Position numbers and translations under genes: made by a program. From Aliivibrio fischeri ES114 (lineage in GTDB: Bacteria; Pseudomonadota; Gammaproteobacteria; Enterobacterales; Vibrionaceae): DNA of 32,000 bases. Below the pieces are notes generated by a model, which was given only the letters and a program-made list of their open reading frames with translations, was not told the origin of the DNA and made no database searches. This document shows positions 9,535-18,350 of this stretch, one piece after another. The DNA is taken from the NCBI RefSeq assembly GCF_000011805.1, contig NC_006840.2, one strand, 5' to 3'. Within the stretch, counting starts at the first letter, position 1, and each line of letters begins with the position of its first letter.

Positions 9535-10764
9535 CTATTTTACACTTACAAACTCTGGGTAAGCATCGATACCACAATCATGTACATCCATACCTTCAAG
9601 CTCCTCTTCCTCTGTTACTCGAATGCCGACTGTCGCTTTCAATACCGCCCATACAACTAAACTTGCGCCAAATACCCATGCGAAGATCACGACAGCACCA
9701 AGTAGTTGCGCTCCAAATGTGGCATCAGAGTTACTCAAAGGAACCACCATTAAACCAAAGAAGCCACACACACCATGAACAGAAATAGCACCTACAGGAT
9801 CATCAATTTTAATTTTATCAAAACCAACAATACTAAATACAACCAGAGCTCCAGCGACTGCACCAACACTTACAGCAGCTAATGGTGACGGTGATAACGG
9901 ATCTGCAGTGATAGCAACTAAACCTGCTAATGCCCCATTTAATACCATGGTTAAATCAGCTTTACCCCATGTGCTCTTACATACAAATAATGCCGTAATT
10001 GCTCCTGCCGCCGCAGCTGCATTCGTATTCAAAAAGATCTGGCCAACCGCAGTTGCATTCTCAAAGTCAGAAACCATTAACTGAGAACCACCATTAAAAC
10101 CAAACCAACCAAACCATAAAATAAAAGTACCCAGTGTAGCCAAAGGCATGTTTGAACCTGGAATTGGATATATTTGACCTTTCTTACCGTACTTACCTTT
10201 ACGAGCCCCTAGTAATAGAACGCCTGCAAGCGCCGCAGATGCACCAGCCATATGAACGATACCAGAGCCCGCAAAGTCACTGAATCCTGCTTCTGATAGG
10301 AAGCCACCACCCCATGTCCAATAACCTTCCATTGGATAAATAAAAGCGGTTAAAATCGCTGAAAAAATAAGGAATGACCATAGCTTCATACGCTCAGCAA
10401 CCGCACCTGAAACCACTGACATTGCAGTAGCTACAAACACAACTTGGAAGAAAAAGTCTGATTCTAATGAATGATCAGCACCTTCAGCCTGTGTACCAAT
10501 TAAGGTTCCTATAGAGGGTAAAAAACCACCAGACCCGTTATCAACATACATAATGTTATAACCAACGACTAAATATGTAGTACAAGCGATTGCATATAAA
10601 CAGATATTTTTAGTTAGGATCTCTGTTGTATTTTTTGAACGAACTAAACCAGCTTCTAACATGGCAAACCCTGCAGCCATCCACATAACTAATGCACCTG
10701 ACATCAAAAAGAAGAAGGTATCTAACGCATAACGAAGTTCTGATACTGTTGTTGAAAGTTCCAT
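9535..10764 (-). CDS. amtB: ammonium transporter
   Basis: 409 aa, polytopic, with Amt family motifs DFAGSGIVHMAG and ISVHGVCGFFG (the twin-His pore). It lies immediately downstream of glnK with a 17-nt gap and has SD AGAGGA. Confidence 0.93.
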   Translation of the reverse strand: MELSTTVSELRYALDTFFFLMSGALVMWMAAGFAMLEAGLVRSKNTTEILTKNICLYAIACTTYLVVGYNIMYVDNGSGGFLPSIGTLIGTQAEGADHSLESDFFFQVVFVATAMSVVSGAVAERMKLWSFLIFSAILTAFIYPMEGYWTWGGGFLSEAGFSDFAGSGIVHMAGASAALAGVLLLGARKGKYGKKGQIYPIPGSNMPLATLGTFILWFGWFGFNGGSQLMVSDFENATAVGQIFLNTNAAAAAGAITALFVCKSTWGKADLTMVLNGALAGLVAITADPLSPSPLAAVSVGAVAGALVVFSIVGFDKIKIDDPVGAISVHGVCGFFGLMVVPLSNSDATFGAQLLGAVVIFAWVFGASLVVWAVLKATVGIRVTEEEELEGMDVHDCGIDAYPEFVSVK

Positions 10765-10781
10765 AATATTGTCCTCTATCC

Positions 10782-11123
<342 letters not shown>

Positions 11124-11162
11124 TCAGTCCCTTGAATTTATTTGTTACTTATTCTTAACAAT

Positions 11163-11177
11163 TCAATCGGTGTGCCA
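11163..11177 (-). promoter_or_regulatory. Candidate sigma-54 promoter of glnK-amtB
   Basis: The minus strand reads TGGCAC accga TTGA, against the consensus TGGCAC-N5-TTGC. The -24 element is perfect and the -12 element has A in place of C. It lies about 45 nt upstream of the glnK ATG. An AT-rich tract and an NtrC-like dyad lie upstream. Confidence 0.5.
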
Positions 11178-11224
11178 ACATTAAAAATAATTATTATTCA
11201 ATAAGATAGAAAAATGCAGAGTAA

Positions 11225-11261
11225 CAAAACAAAAAAGGCCGCACTAATATAGTGCAGCCTT
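11225..11261 (-). terminator. Rho-independent terminator after yacL (the stem also resembles an NtrC site)
   Basis: The minus-strand RNA reads AAGGCTGCACTA tat TAGTGCGGCCTT followed by TTTTGTTTTG. The stem has 12 positions with one G-U pair. It starts 22 nt after the yacL stop. Confidence 0.7.
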
Positions 11262-11282
11262 TCCCTATCAATGAGCATTAGA

Positions 11283-11651
11283 TTAAAAACGATTTATAAA
11301 TGCTTCCCAACTTTGAAGCATAGTTTCAAAGTCTTCTAATCCACATACAGATATACATTCATCATCATACATATGAATATCTTCTTCGAACTCTTCATCA
11401 GATTGTTCAAACAATGCGTTCTCCTGAACAATGACTTCTTGATCGCTCAATACTAATGTCATCACCTTGCCTGATAACGTCCACTCATCCTGTGTATTTT
11501 TAATTAAAGCGATGTGCTTATATATTTCTGCGAGTAAATCCGTATTTTTCGCTACATCTTCAACTAACCAACGTCCCATGGCTTCATGCCCCATGGAAAA
11601 ATTCGCATGGTATGTACCCTCAAGGGTATTTTTCTTAAATTCGTAATCCAT
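11283..11651 (-). CDS. yacL: UPF0231 family protein YacL
   Basis: The translation from MDYEFKKNTLEGTYHANFSMGHEAMGRWL parallels E. coli YacL (MDYEF...MSMGHE...) and has the acidic C-terminal half. I prefer the ATG at 11651 (SD AGGAT) over the TTG at 11666 used by the ORF track. Confidence 0.8.
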   Translation of the reverse strand: MDYEFKKNTLEGTYHANFSMGHEAMGRWLVEDVAKNTDLLAEIYKHIALIKNTQDEWTLSGKVMTLVLSDQEVIVQENALFEQSDEEFEEDIHMYDDECISVCGLEDFETMLQSWEAFINRF

Positions 11652-11793
11652 CGGATATCCTAACAATTATATCGGCGTTAACTCACACGTTTTGGATCAA
11701 AGACAATGCCGAGCTCTTTTACTCCAGTATAATCTTATCCCTATTTTTTTTATAGCTAACTCCCTCCTTTCTTAATAGCTAAAAGGTTTAAAG

Positions 11794-12939
11794 ATGCAGT
11801 TAACCACAATGATCGCCAAACAAATTGTTGAGCGTTCAATGAAAATTATCAAACACTCTGTCAATGTGATGGATGAGTATGGTGTGATTATTGGTTCAGG
11901 GGATCCATCAAGATTAAACTGTCGCCATGAAGGGGCAATACTCGCTATTAATGAAAATCGAGAAGTTGAAATCGATTACTCTACAGCTCAACAATTACGT
12001 GGTGTAAAAGCTGGAATTAACTTACCTATTGTGTTTCAAAATAAGGTTATTGGGGTTGTTGGTATTTCTGGAAAACCTTCAGAGATCCAACAATACGGTG
12101 AGTTAGTAAAAATGACTGCCGAACTTATCATTGAGCAAGCCGCTTTAATGACAGAAATCCAGTGGTCTAAACGTCACAAAGAAGAATTAGTTCTACAATT
12201 AATTCAACCATCAGACTTAAATACACAACAGCTTTATTCAATTGCAGAACGATTAGAACTCGATCTTAATCAACCACGAATCGCAACCATTATTAAGGTA
12301 GATTCTTTTAATGGTGAAAACCTTTCTCTCAGCCATCTTCAAAAATTAGTTCATTTATTAGAATATCCAGAGCGCGATAATTTAGTGGCAATCAGCTCCG
12401 TGACCTTAAACGAAGTTGTGGTATTAAAGCCAATTACATTAACGGATACGGGGTGGAATCGAAGTCATGAAGAAAAAAGGATCCGCCAATTATTTCAACG
12501 CATCTCTCATGATGAGAAATTCACAATCAAAATAGCATTGGGTGATTACTTTCCAAATCTAGAGGGACTAGCACAATCTTATATGACAGCAAAAGCGACC
12601 ATGAGTACTGCTAATGCTAAAAATCGCATTTTATTTTTCCAAGATAACAAACTACCCGTTTTAATTAATGGAATAAAATCCGATACTTGGCGCATGGAAC
12701 AATTAAAGCAACCTATCGTTAATCTTCAAAAATCAGATCCTAAAGGGATATTACTCAAAACCCTTAAAGCCTTTTTTAATCATAATTGTGATTCAGCTCA
12801 AACCTGTAAATCATTACATATTCATCGGAATACTCTTCGCTACAGGCTGGATAAAATAAACAAAGAAACAAGCTTAGATATCAATAAGATAAATGATTCT
12901 ACCTATTTGTACCTTGCTTCATTAATGAGCAATAAATAA
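11794..12939 (+). CDS. cdaR: CdaR/SdaR-family sugar-diacid (glycerate) transcriptional regulator
   Basis: 381 aa. It has an N-terminal diacid-recognition-type domain and the C-terminal PucR-type HTH LHIHRNTLRYRLDKI. It lies upstream of a permease and glycerate kinase. Confidence 0.8.
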   Translation: MQLTTMIAKQIVERSMKIIKHSVNVMDEYGVIIGSGDPSRLNCRHEGAILAINENREVEIDYSTAQQLRGVKAGINLPIVFQNKVIGVVGISGKPSEIQQYGELVKMTAELIIEQAALMTEIQWSKRHKEELVLQLIQPSDLNTQQLYSIAERLELDLNQPRIATIIKVDSFNGENLSLSHLQKLVHLLEYPERDNLVAISSVTLNEVVVLKPITLTDTGWNRSHEEKRIRQLFQRISHDEKFTIKIALGDYFPNLEGLAQSYMTAKATMSTANAKNRILFFQDNKLPVLINGIKSDTWRMEQLKQPIVNLQKSDPKGILLKTLKAFFNHNCDSAQTCKSLHIHRNTLRYRLDKINKETSLDINKINDSTYLYLASLMSNK

Positions 12940-12947
12940 TACTCAAT

Positions 12948-12963
12948 TTGTGCAATTGCACAA
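12948..12963. promoter_or_regulatory. Perfect 16-bp palindrome, candidate operator in front of the permease/glycerate-kinase genes
   Basis: TTGTGCAATTGCACAA lies 9 nt after the cdaR stop and 104 nt before the permease ATG. No T-run follows, so it is not a convincing terminator. Confidence 0.4.
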
Positions 12964-13066
12964 TGATTTAAATATTTAATCGATAAAATTTGGGCATTCG
13001 ACTAAAGCATATTGATAACGATAACGTTAGATTACCGACATCTTAATTATTAAATGGAACGTTAAT

Positions 13067-14332
13067 ATGATCGAAGTATCTACCCTAGGCGCTATTTCAG
13101 CGCTCGTTGTTGCTATCACCCTCATCCTTAAAAAGGTCCCGCCTGCTTATGGCATGATTATTGGTGCTCTAATTGGTGGTATTGTCGGTGGCGTTTCATT
13201 AACAGATACAGTTAACTTGATGATTGGCGGTGCTCAAGGAATTGTTACCGCTGTTTTACGAATTCTTGCAGCTGGTGTTCTTGCTGGTGTATTAATTGAA
13301 TCAGGTGCGGCAACCTCTATTGCAGAAACCATAGTAAAAAAAGTAGGCGAAACCAGAGCACTGTTAGCATTAGCAGTTGCAACTATGATCTTAACGGCTG
13401 TGGGTGTTTTCGTAGACGTTGCTGTAATTACTGTTGCACCTATTGCACTTGCGATTGCTCAGCGTGCAGACCTATCTAAAATGGCTATCTTATTAGCGAT
13501 GGTTGGCGGCGGTAAAGCTGGTAACGTAATGTCACCTAACCCAAATGCGATTGCGGCAGCCGATGCTTTTAATGTGCCTTTAACTTCAGTGATGGCAGCT
13601 GGTGTTATCCCTGGATTATTTGGGTTAGTCTTTGCTTATTTCATCGCTAAAAAACTTGTTAATAAAGGCAGCAAAGTCCAAGCTCATGAAGTAGTTTCTG
13701 TTGATCATTCTCGCCTACCTAGTTTTACGACTTCAATCGTAGCTCCCCTTGTTGCAATCAGCCTTTTAGCCCTGCGCCCAATAGCAGGTATTAATGTCGA
13801 TCCTCTCATTGCACTTCCTTTGGGTGGCCTACTGGGTGCTGTAGCAATGAGACGCTTTAGAGATACCAATCATTTTGCAGTCTCTGGTTTAACTCGTATG
13901 GCTCCTGTTGCTGTAATGCTACTTGGTACCGGTACATTAGCAGGTATCATTGCAAACTCAGGGTTGAAATCAGGCCTTATAGATATCTTAACGGCTTCAG
14001 GCCTTCCATCTTATCTACTTGCTCCGATTTCTGGTGCCATGATGTCGTTAGCAACAGCATCAACAACCGCAGGAACTGCCGTTGCAGCAAGTGTATTTAG
14101 TCACACAATTCTAGAACTTGGCGTTCCTGCTCTTGCTGGTGCTGCAATGATTCACGCTGGTGCAACCGTATTAGATCACATGCCACACGGTAGTTTCTTC
14201 CATGCAACTGGTGGCGCTGTACATATGGATATTAAAGAGCGTTTAAAACTTATTCCATACGAATCAGCGGTTGGTCTAATGATCGCAACTGTTTCAACCC
14301 TCATCTTTGGCGTCTTCGGTTTATTTGTTTAA
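13067..14332 (+). CDS. GntP-family anion permease (probable glycerate transporter)
   Basis: 421 aa, very hydrophobic and Gly/Ala-rich, a GntP-like polytopic protein. It lies 12 nt upstream of glycerate kinase and downstream of cdaR. Confidence 0.75.
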   Translation: MIEVSTLGAISALVVAITLILKKVPPAYGMIIGALIGGIVGGVSLTDTVNLMIGGAQGIVTAVLRILAAGVLAGVLIESGAATSIAETIVKKVGETRALLALAVATMILTAVGVFVDVAVITVAPIALAIAQRADLSKMAILLAMVGGGKAGNVMSPNPNAIAAADAFNVPLTSVMAAGVIPGLFGLVFAYFIAKKLVNKGSKVQAHEVVSVDHSRLPSFTTSIVAPLVAISLLALRPIAGINVDPLIALPLGGLLGAVAMRRFRDTNHFAVSGLTRMAPVAVMLLGTGTLAGIIANSGLKSGLIDILTASGLPSYLLAPISGAMMSLATASTTAGTAVAASVFSHTILELGVPALAGAAMIHAGATVLDHMPHGSFFHATGGAVHMDIKERLKLIPYESAVGLMIATVSTLIFGVFGLFV

Positions 14333-14344
14333 TAAGGCTATATT

Positions 14345-15475
14345 ATGAAAATCGTTATTGCTCCTGACTCTTACAAAGAAAGTTTAACGGCGATGGAAGT
14401 CGCTACGGCCATTGAAGCTGGATTTAAACAAGTATTACCTCATGCTGAATATATAAAGTTACCTATGGCCGATGGTGGTGAAGGTACGGTTCAATCACTG
14501 ATTGATGCAACTGGTGGCTCAATTATCGAGCACACAGTAACAGCGCCTCTTGGTGAACAAATTACCGGTTTTTATGGATTATTTGGCGATGGTCAAACAG
14601 CCATTATCGAGATGGCAGCTGCATCAGGTTTACACCTTGTTGAACCAAGTTTACGTAACCCTCTAAATACCACCACTTATGGTACTGGCGAACTAATTAA
14701 AGCGGCGCTTGATAAAGGTGTAAAACACATAATTGTAGGAATCGGTGGCAGCGCTACAAATGATGGCGGGATCGGTATGGCTCAAGCTCTTGGCATTAAG
14801 TTGCTGGATCAAGATGGTAACGATCTTGCCTTTGGTGGTGGTTCATTAGCACAGCTTGCAACGATCGATACATTAAATAAAGATCCTCGTCTTGATGATA
14901 TTAAACTTGAAGTTGCATGCGATGTTGATAACCCACTGTGTGGACCTAAAGGTGCTTCTTTCGTGTTTGGCCCACAAAAAGGGGCAACTCCTGAGATGGT
15001 TAGCACGTTAGATAACAACCTAAGCCATTATGCCGATATAATGAAAGATCAACTTGGTAAAGACGTAAAAGACACAGCTGGAGCTGGCGCTGCAGGTGGG
15101 CTTGGTGCCGCCTTACTTGGTTTATTTAGTGCAACTCTGCGTCCTGGTATTGAAATCGTAATGGATGCCGTAAATCTATCAGATGTTGTATCAAGTGCCG
15201 ATCTTGTTATCACAGGAGAAGGTCGAATCGATAGCCAAACTATTCATGGAAAAACACCGATTGGCGTAGCAAGAACAGCGAAAAAATTTGATTTACCTGT
15301 TATTGGTATTGCAGGTTGTTTATCTGATGATTGTGCAATTGTTCATGAGTATGGTATTGATGCGGTATTTAGTGTTGTCCCTCGCTCAGTTTCTCTTGAG
15401 CTTGCATTAAAAGAAGCAGCTATTAACGTAGAAAATACCGCTCGTAATGTTGCAACAATATATTCAATGAAATAG
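14345..15475 (+). CDS. glxK: glycerate kinase
   Basis: 376 aa. The N-terminus MKIVIAPDSYKESLTA is nearly identical to E. coli glycerate kinases, and the motif ITGEGRIDSQT is present. Confidence 0.9.
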   Translation: MKIVIAPDSYKESLTAMEVATAIEAGFKQVLPHAEYIKLPMADGGEGTVQSLIDATGGSIIEHTVTAPLGEQITGFYGLFGDGQTAIIEMAAASGLHLVEPSLRNPLNTTTYGTGELIKAALDKGVKHIIVGIGGSATNDGGIGMAQALGIKLLDQDGNDLAFGGGSLAQLATIDTLNKDPRLDDIKLEVACDVDNPLCGPKGASFVFGPQKGATPEMVSTLDNNLSHYADIMKDQLGKDVKDTAGAGAAGGLGAALLGLFSATLRPGIEIVMDAVNLSDVVSSADLVITGEGRIDSQTIHGKTPIGVARTAKKFDLPVIGIAGCLSDDCAIVHEYGIDAVFSVVPRSVSLELALKEAAINVENTARNVATIYSMK

Positions 15476-15496
15476 GTAAGTATCCAGCCCTCTAAA

Positions 15497-15525
15497 TAAA
15501 AAAGCAGCCAATTGGCTGCTTTTTG
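15497..15525. terminator. Bidirectional rho-independent terminator between glxK and acnB
   Basis: AAAAAAGCAGCC aatt GGCTGCTTTTT has an A-tract on one side and a T-tract on the other. It sits between the convergent stops at 15475 and 15543. Confidence 0.85.
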
Positions 15526-15542
15526 TATTTATGAAGATAAGG

Positions 15543-18131
15543 TTAAGCTGGCTCTTGGAAAATAACCGTATCCGCTTTCTCTGTATATGCTCCCATTTTA
15601 TGGAAGTTCAGATAACGGTAGGTATCTGCAGCGGTTGCATTAATCTTATCAGCGTACTCTAGATACTCTTCCTTCGTCGGGATACGACCAAGAATTGCAC
15701 CAACCGCAGAAAGTTCAGCAGATGCTAGGTAAACATTCGCACCTGTACCCAAACGGTTCGGGAAGTTACGAGTAGACGTAGACATTACTGTCGACTTGTC
15801 TGCCACACGTGCCTGATTACCCATACATAGTGAACAACCCGGAGTTTCAATACGAACTCCAGCACGGCCGAAGATGCCGTAGTAGCCTTCTTCTGTTAGC
15901 TGATCTTTATCCATCTTAGTTGGCGGAGCCACCCACAGACGAGTGCTCAGCGAGCCGTTGAACTCTTCAAGCATCTTACCTGCAGCACGGAAGTGACCGA
16001 TGTTGGTCATACAAGAACCGATGAACACTTCTTGGATCTCTGTGCCTTGAACGTCAGAAAGAAGACGGGCATCATCTGGATCGTTTGGTGCACATAGGAT
16101 TGGTTGATCAATGTCAGCAAGGTCGATTTCGATAACGTGAGCGTATTCAGCATCTGAATCAGCAGACAGCAACTCAGGATTCGCTAGCCACTCTTCCATT
16201 GCCGTAATACGACGCTCGATAGTACGAACATCACCGTAGCCTTCAGCGATCATCCACTTAAGCATAACGATGTTTGAATTCAAATATTCTTCAATGGACT
16301 CTTGAGACAACTTAACTGTACAACCAGCAGCTGAACGCTCAGCAGATGCATCAGAAAGTTCAAACGCTTGCTCAACAGATAGGTGTTCAACACCTTCAAT
16401 TTCTAGTACTCGACCAGAGAATTCGTTGATCTTACCTGCTTTCTCTACTGTTAGTAGGCCTTGCTTGATACCGTATAAAGGAATCGCGTGTACTAGGTCA
16501 CGTAGCGTGATACCTGGCTGCATTTCACCTTTAAAGCGAACCAAGATAGATTCAGGCATATCAAGAGGCATAACACCTGTTGCTGCCGCAAATGCTACTA
16601 GACCAGAACCAGCAGGGAACGAAATACCTAGAGGGAAACGAGTATGCGAGTCACCACCAGTACCAACAGTATCAGGTAGGAGCATACGGTTTAACCATGA
16701 GTGGATAACACCATCACCCGGACGCAGTGAAACACCTGCACGGTTCATGATGAAATCAGGTAGCGTGTGGTGCGTGTTAACATCAACTGGTTTCGGGTAT
16801 GCCGATGTGTGACAGAAAGATTGCATCACAAGATCCGCAGAGAAACCAAGACATGCAAGATCTTTAAGCTCATCACGCGTCATAGGACCCGTCGTATCCT
16901 GAGAGCCTACCGTAGTCATCTTAGGCTCACAATATTGACCTGCACGAACGCCTTCAACACCACATGCTTTACCAACCATCTTCTGAGCTAGTGTGTAGCC
17001 TTTATCTGATGCAGATGGATCAATTGGCTTAGCAAATAAGTCAGTTTCCTCTAAACCAAGAGAAATACGTGCACGGCTTGTTAATCCACGACCAATAATC
17101 AGTGGAATACGACCTCCAGCACGAACTTCATCAAGCAACACTGCGCTCAATTTAAAGCTAGAGATCTCTTCATTATTTTTACGAACTACACCTTCATAAG
17201 GGAAAATATCAATAATATCTCCCATATTCATATTTTGAACATCAAGTTCAATCGGTAGTGCTCCTGAATCTTCCATCGTGTTATAGAAAATTGGTGCGAT
17301 CTTACCACCAAGACAAACACCGCCAGTGCGCTTGTTTGGTACAAATGGGATATCTTCACCCATGAACCAAAGCACTGAGTTAGTCGCTGATTTGCGAGAA
17401 GAACCAGTACCAACAACATCACCAACATAAGCTAAAGGGATGCCGTCTTTTTGCATTTCTTCGATTTGAGTAATAGGACCAACGCTACCCTGTTCATCTG
17501 GAGTGATACCATCACGTTCCATTTTCAACATTGCTTTTGCATGTACAGGAATATCAGGACGAGACCATGCATCAGGAGCAGGAGAAAGATCATCGGTGTT
17601 CGTTTCACCTGTGACTTTAAATACTTTTACTGTGATCTTTTCAGCTACTTTATCTTTTGATGTAAACCATTCTGCATCAGCCCATGATTGAAGTACTTGC
17701 TGCGCAGAACTGTTACCCGCTTTCGCTTTTTCTTCTACGTCATAAAAAGCATCAAACATCAAAAGTGTATGAGAAAGCGCTTTAACTGCAATAGGAGCCA
17801 GTTCAGTGTCATCTAATAAAGAAACAAGAGGCTCTATATTATAACCACCTTGCATTGTGCCAAGTAATTCTGCTGCTTTTTCTTTACTAACAAGTGGAGA
17901 AGATACTTCTCCTTTAGTAACTGCTGTTAAGAAGCCAGCTTTAACATAAGCTGCTTCATCAACGCCTGGGGGAATACGATTCTCTAGTAAATCAAGAATA
18001 ACTTCTTCTTCGCCTTGAGGCGGATTTTTTACTAATTCAATTAATGCTGCTACTTGCTCAGCATCCAGTGGTCTTGGGACCACGCCTTCTGAAGCACGTT
18101 CTTCGACGTGTTTACGATAAGCTTCAAGCAC
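15543..18131 (-). CDS. acnB: aconitate hydratase B / 2-methylisocitrate dehydratase
   Basis: 862 aa. The N-terminus (M)[37 protein letters not shown] is collinear with E. coli AcnB. It has a GTG start preceded by GAGGAA. Confidence 0.95.
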   Translation of the reverse strand: MLEAYRKHVEERASEGVVPRPLDAEQVAALIELVKNPPQGEEEVILDLLENRIPPGVDEAAYVKAGFLTAVTKGEVSSPLVSKEKAAELLGTMQGGYNIEPLVSLLDDTELAPIAVKALSHTLLMFDAFYDVEEKAKAGNSSAQQVLQSWADAEWFTSKDKVAEKITVKVFKVTGETNTDDLSPAPDAWSRPDIPVHAKAMLKMERDGITPDEQGSVGPITQIEEMQKDGIPLAYVGDVVGTGSSRKSATNSVLWFMGEDIPFVPNKRTGGVCLGGKIAPIFYNTMEDSGALPIELDVQNMNMGDIIDIFPYEGVVRKNNEEISSFKLSAVLLDEVRAGGRIPLIIGRGLTSRARISLGLEETDLFAKPIDPSASDKGYTLAQKMVGKACGVEGVRAGQYCEPKMTTVGSQDTTGPMTRDELKDLACLGFSADLVMQSFCHTSAYPKPVDVNTHHTLPDFIMNRAGVSLRPGDGVIHSWLNRMLLPDTVGTGGDSHTRFPLGISFPAGSGLVAFAAATGVMPLDMPESILVRFKGEMQPGITLRDLVHAIPLYGIKQGLLTVEKAGKINEFSGRVLEIEGVEHLSVEQAFELSDASAERSAAGCTVKLSQESIEEYLNSNIVMLKWMIAEGYGDVRTIERRITAMEEWLANPELLSADSDAEYAHVIEIDLADIDQPILCAPNDPDDARLLSDVQGTEIQEVFIGSCMTNIGHFRAAGKMLEEFNGSLSTRLWVAPPTKMDKDQLTEEGYYGIFGRAGVRIETPGCSLCMGNQARVADKSTVMSTSTRNFPNRLGTGANVYLASAELSAVGAILGRIPTKEEYLEYADKINATAADTYRYLNFHKMGAYTEKADTVIFQEPA

Positions 18132-18350
18132 GACTTAATTCCTCACATTTTGGCTAACTCTTGATAAGTTAGCATCCTTGGAAACGATTCAGTTTATATC
18201 CGTTAACTTTTTAATTCTGTTATAAATCTCAATAAAACAAGAGAATATGTATCGATATAGACTAAATTTGTGGCGAGATGATATCAAATTTAACTTAAAA
18301 TTAAAATCTACCCACAACAAACAACATACGACTTATGGCGCATTTTTGAA

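Noticed and set aside
11726-11731. TATAAT hexamer in the yacL-cdaR divergent region as the cdaR promoter.
   Set aside because: There is no acceptable -35 element at 16-18 bp spacing. In AT-rich intergenic DNA a lone TATAAT is expected by chance, so it is not reported as a feature.
12948-12963. The palindrome as a CRP site or as the cdaR terminator.
   Set aside because: The TGTGC/GCACA half-sites are separated by 4 nt, not the 6 nt that CRP requires. As a hairpin it has only a 6-bp stem, a 4-nt loop and no U-tract.
16426-16812. 128-aa ORF antisense to acnB, plus the other short antisense or out-of-frame ORFs inside chbP, fbpC, fbpB, glxK, plpD, mrcB and the MCP gene.
   Set aside because: These are typical shadow ORFs opposite or inside strongly conserved genes. 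They have no start context, no recognisable motifs and compositions rich in Arg/Ser/Pro or Leu.
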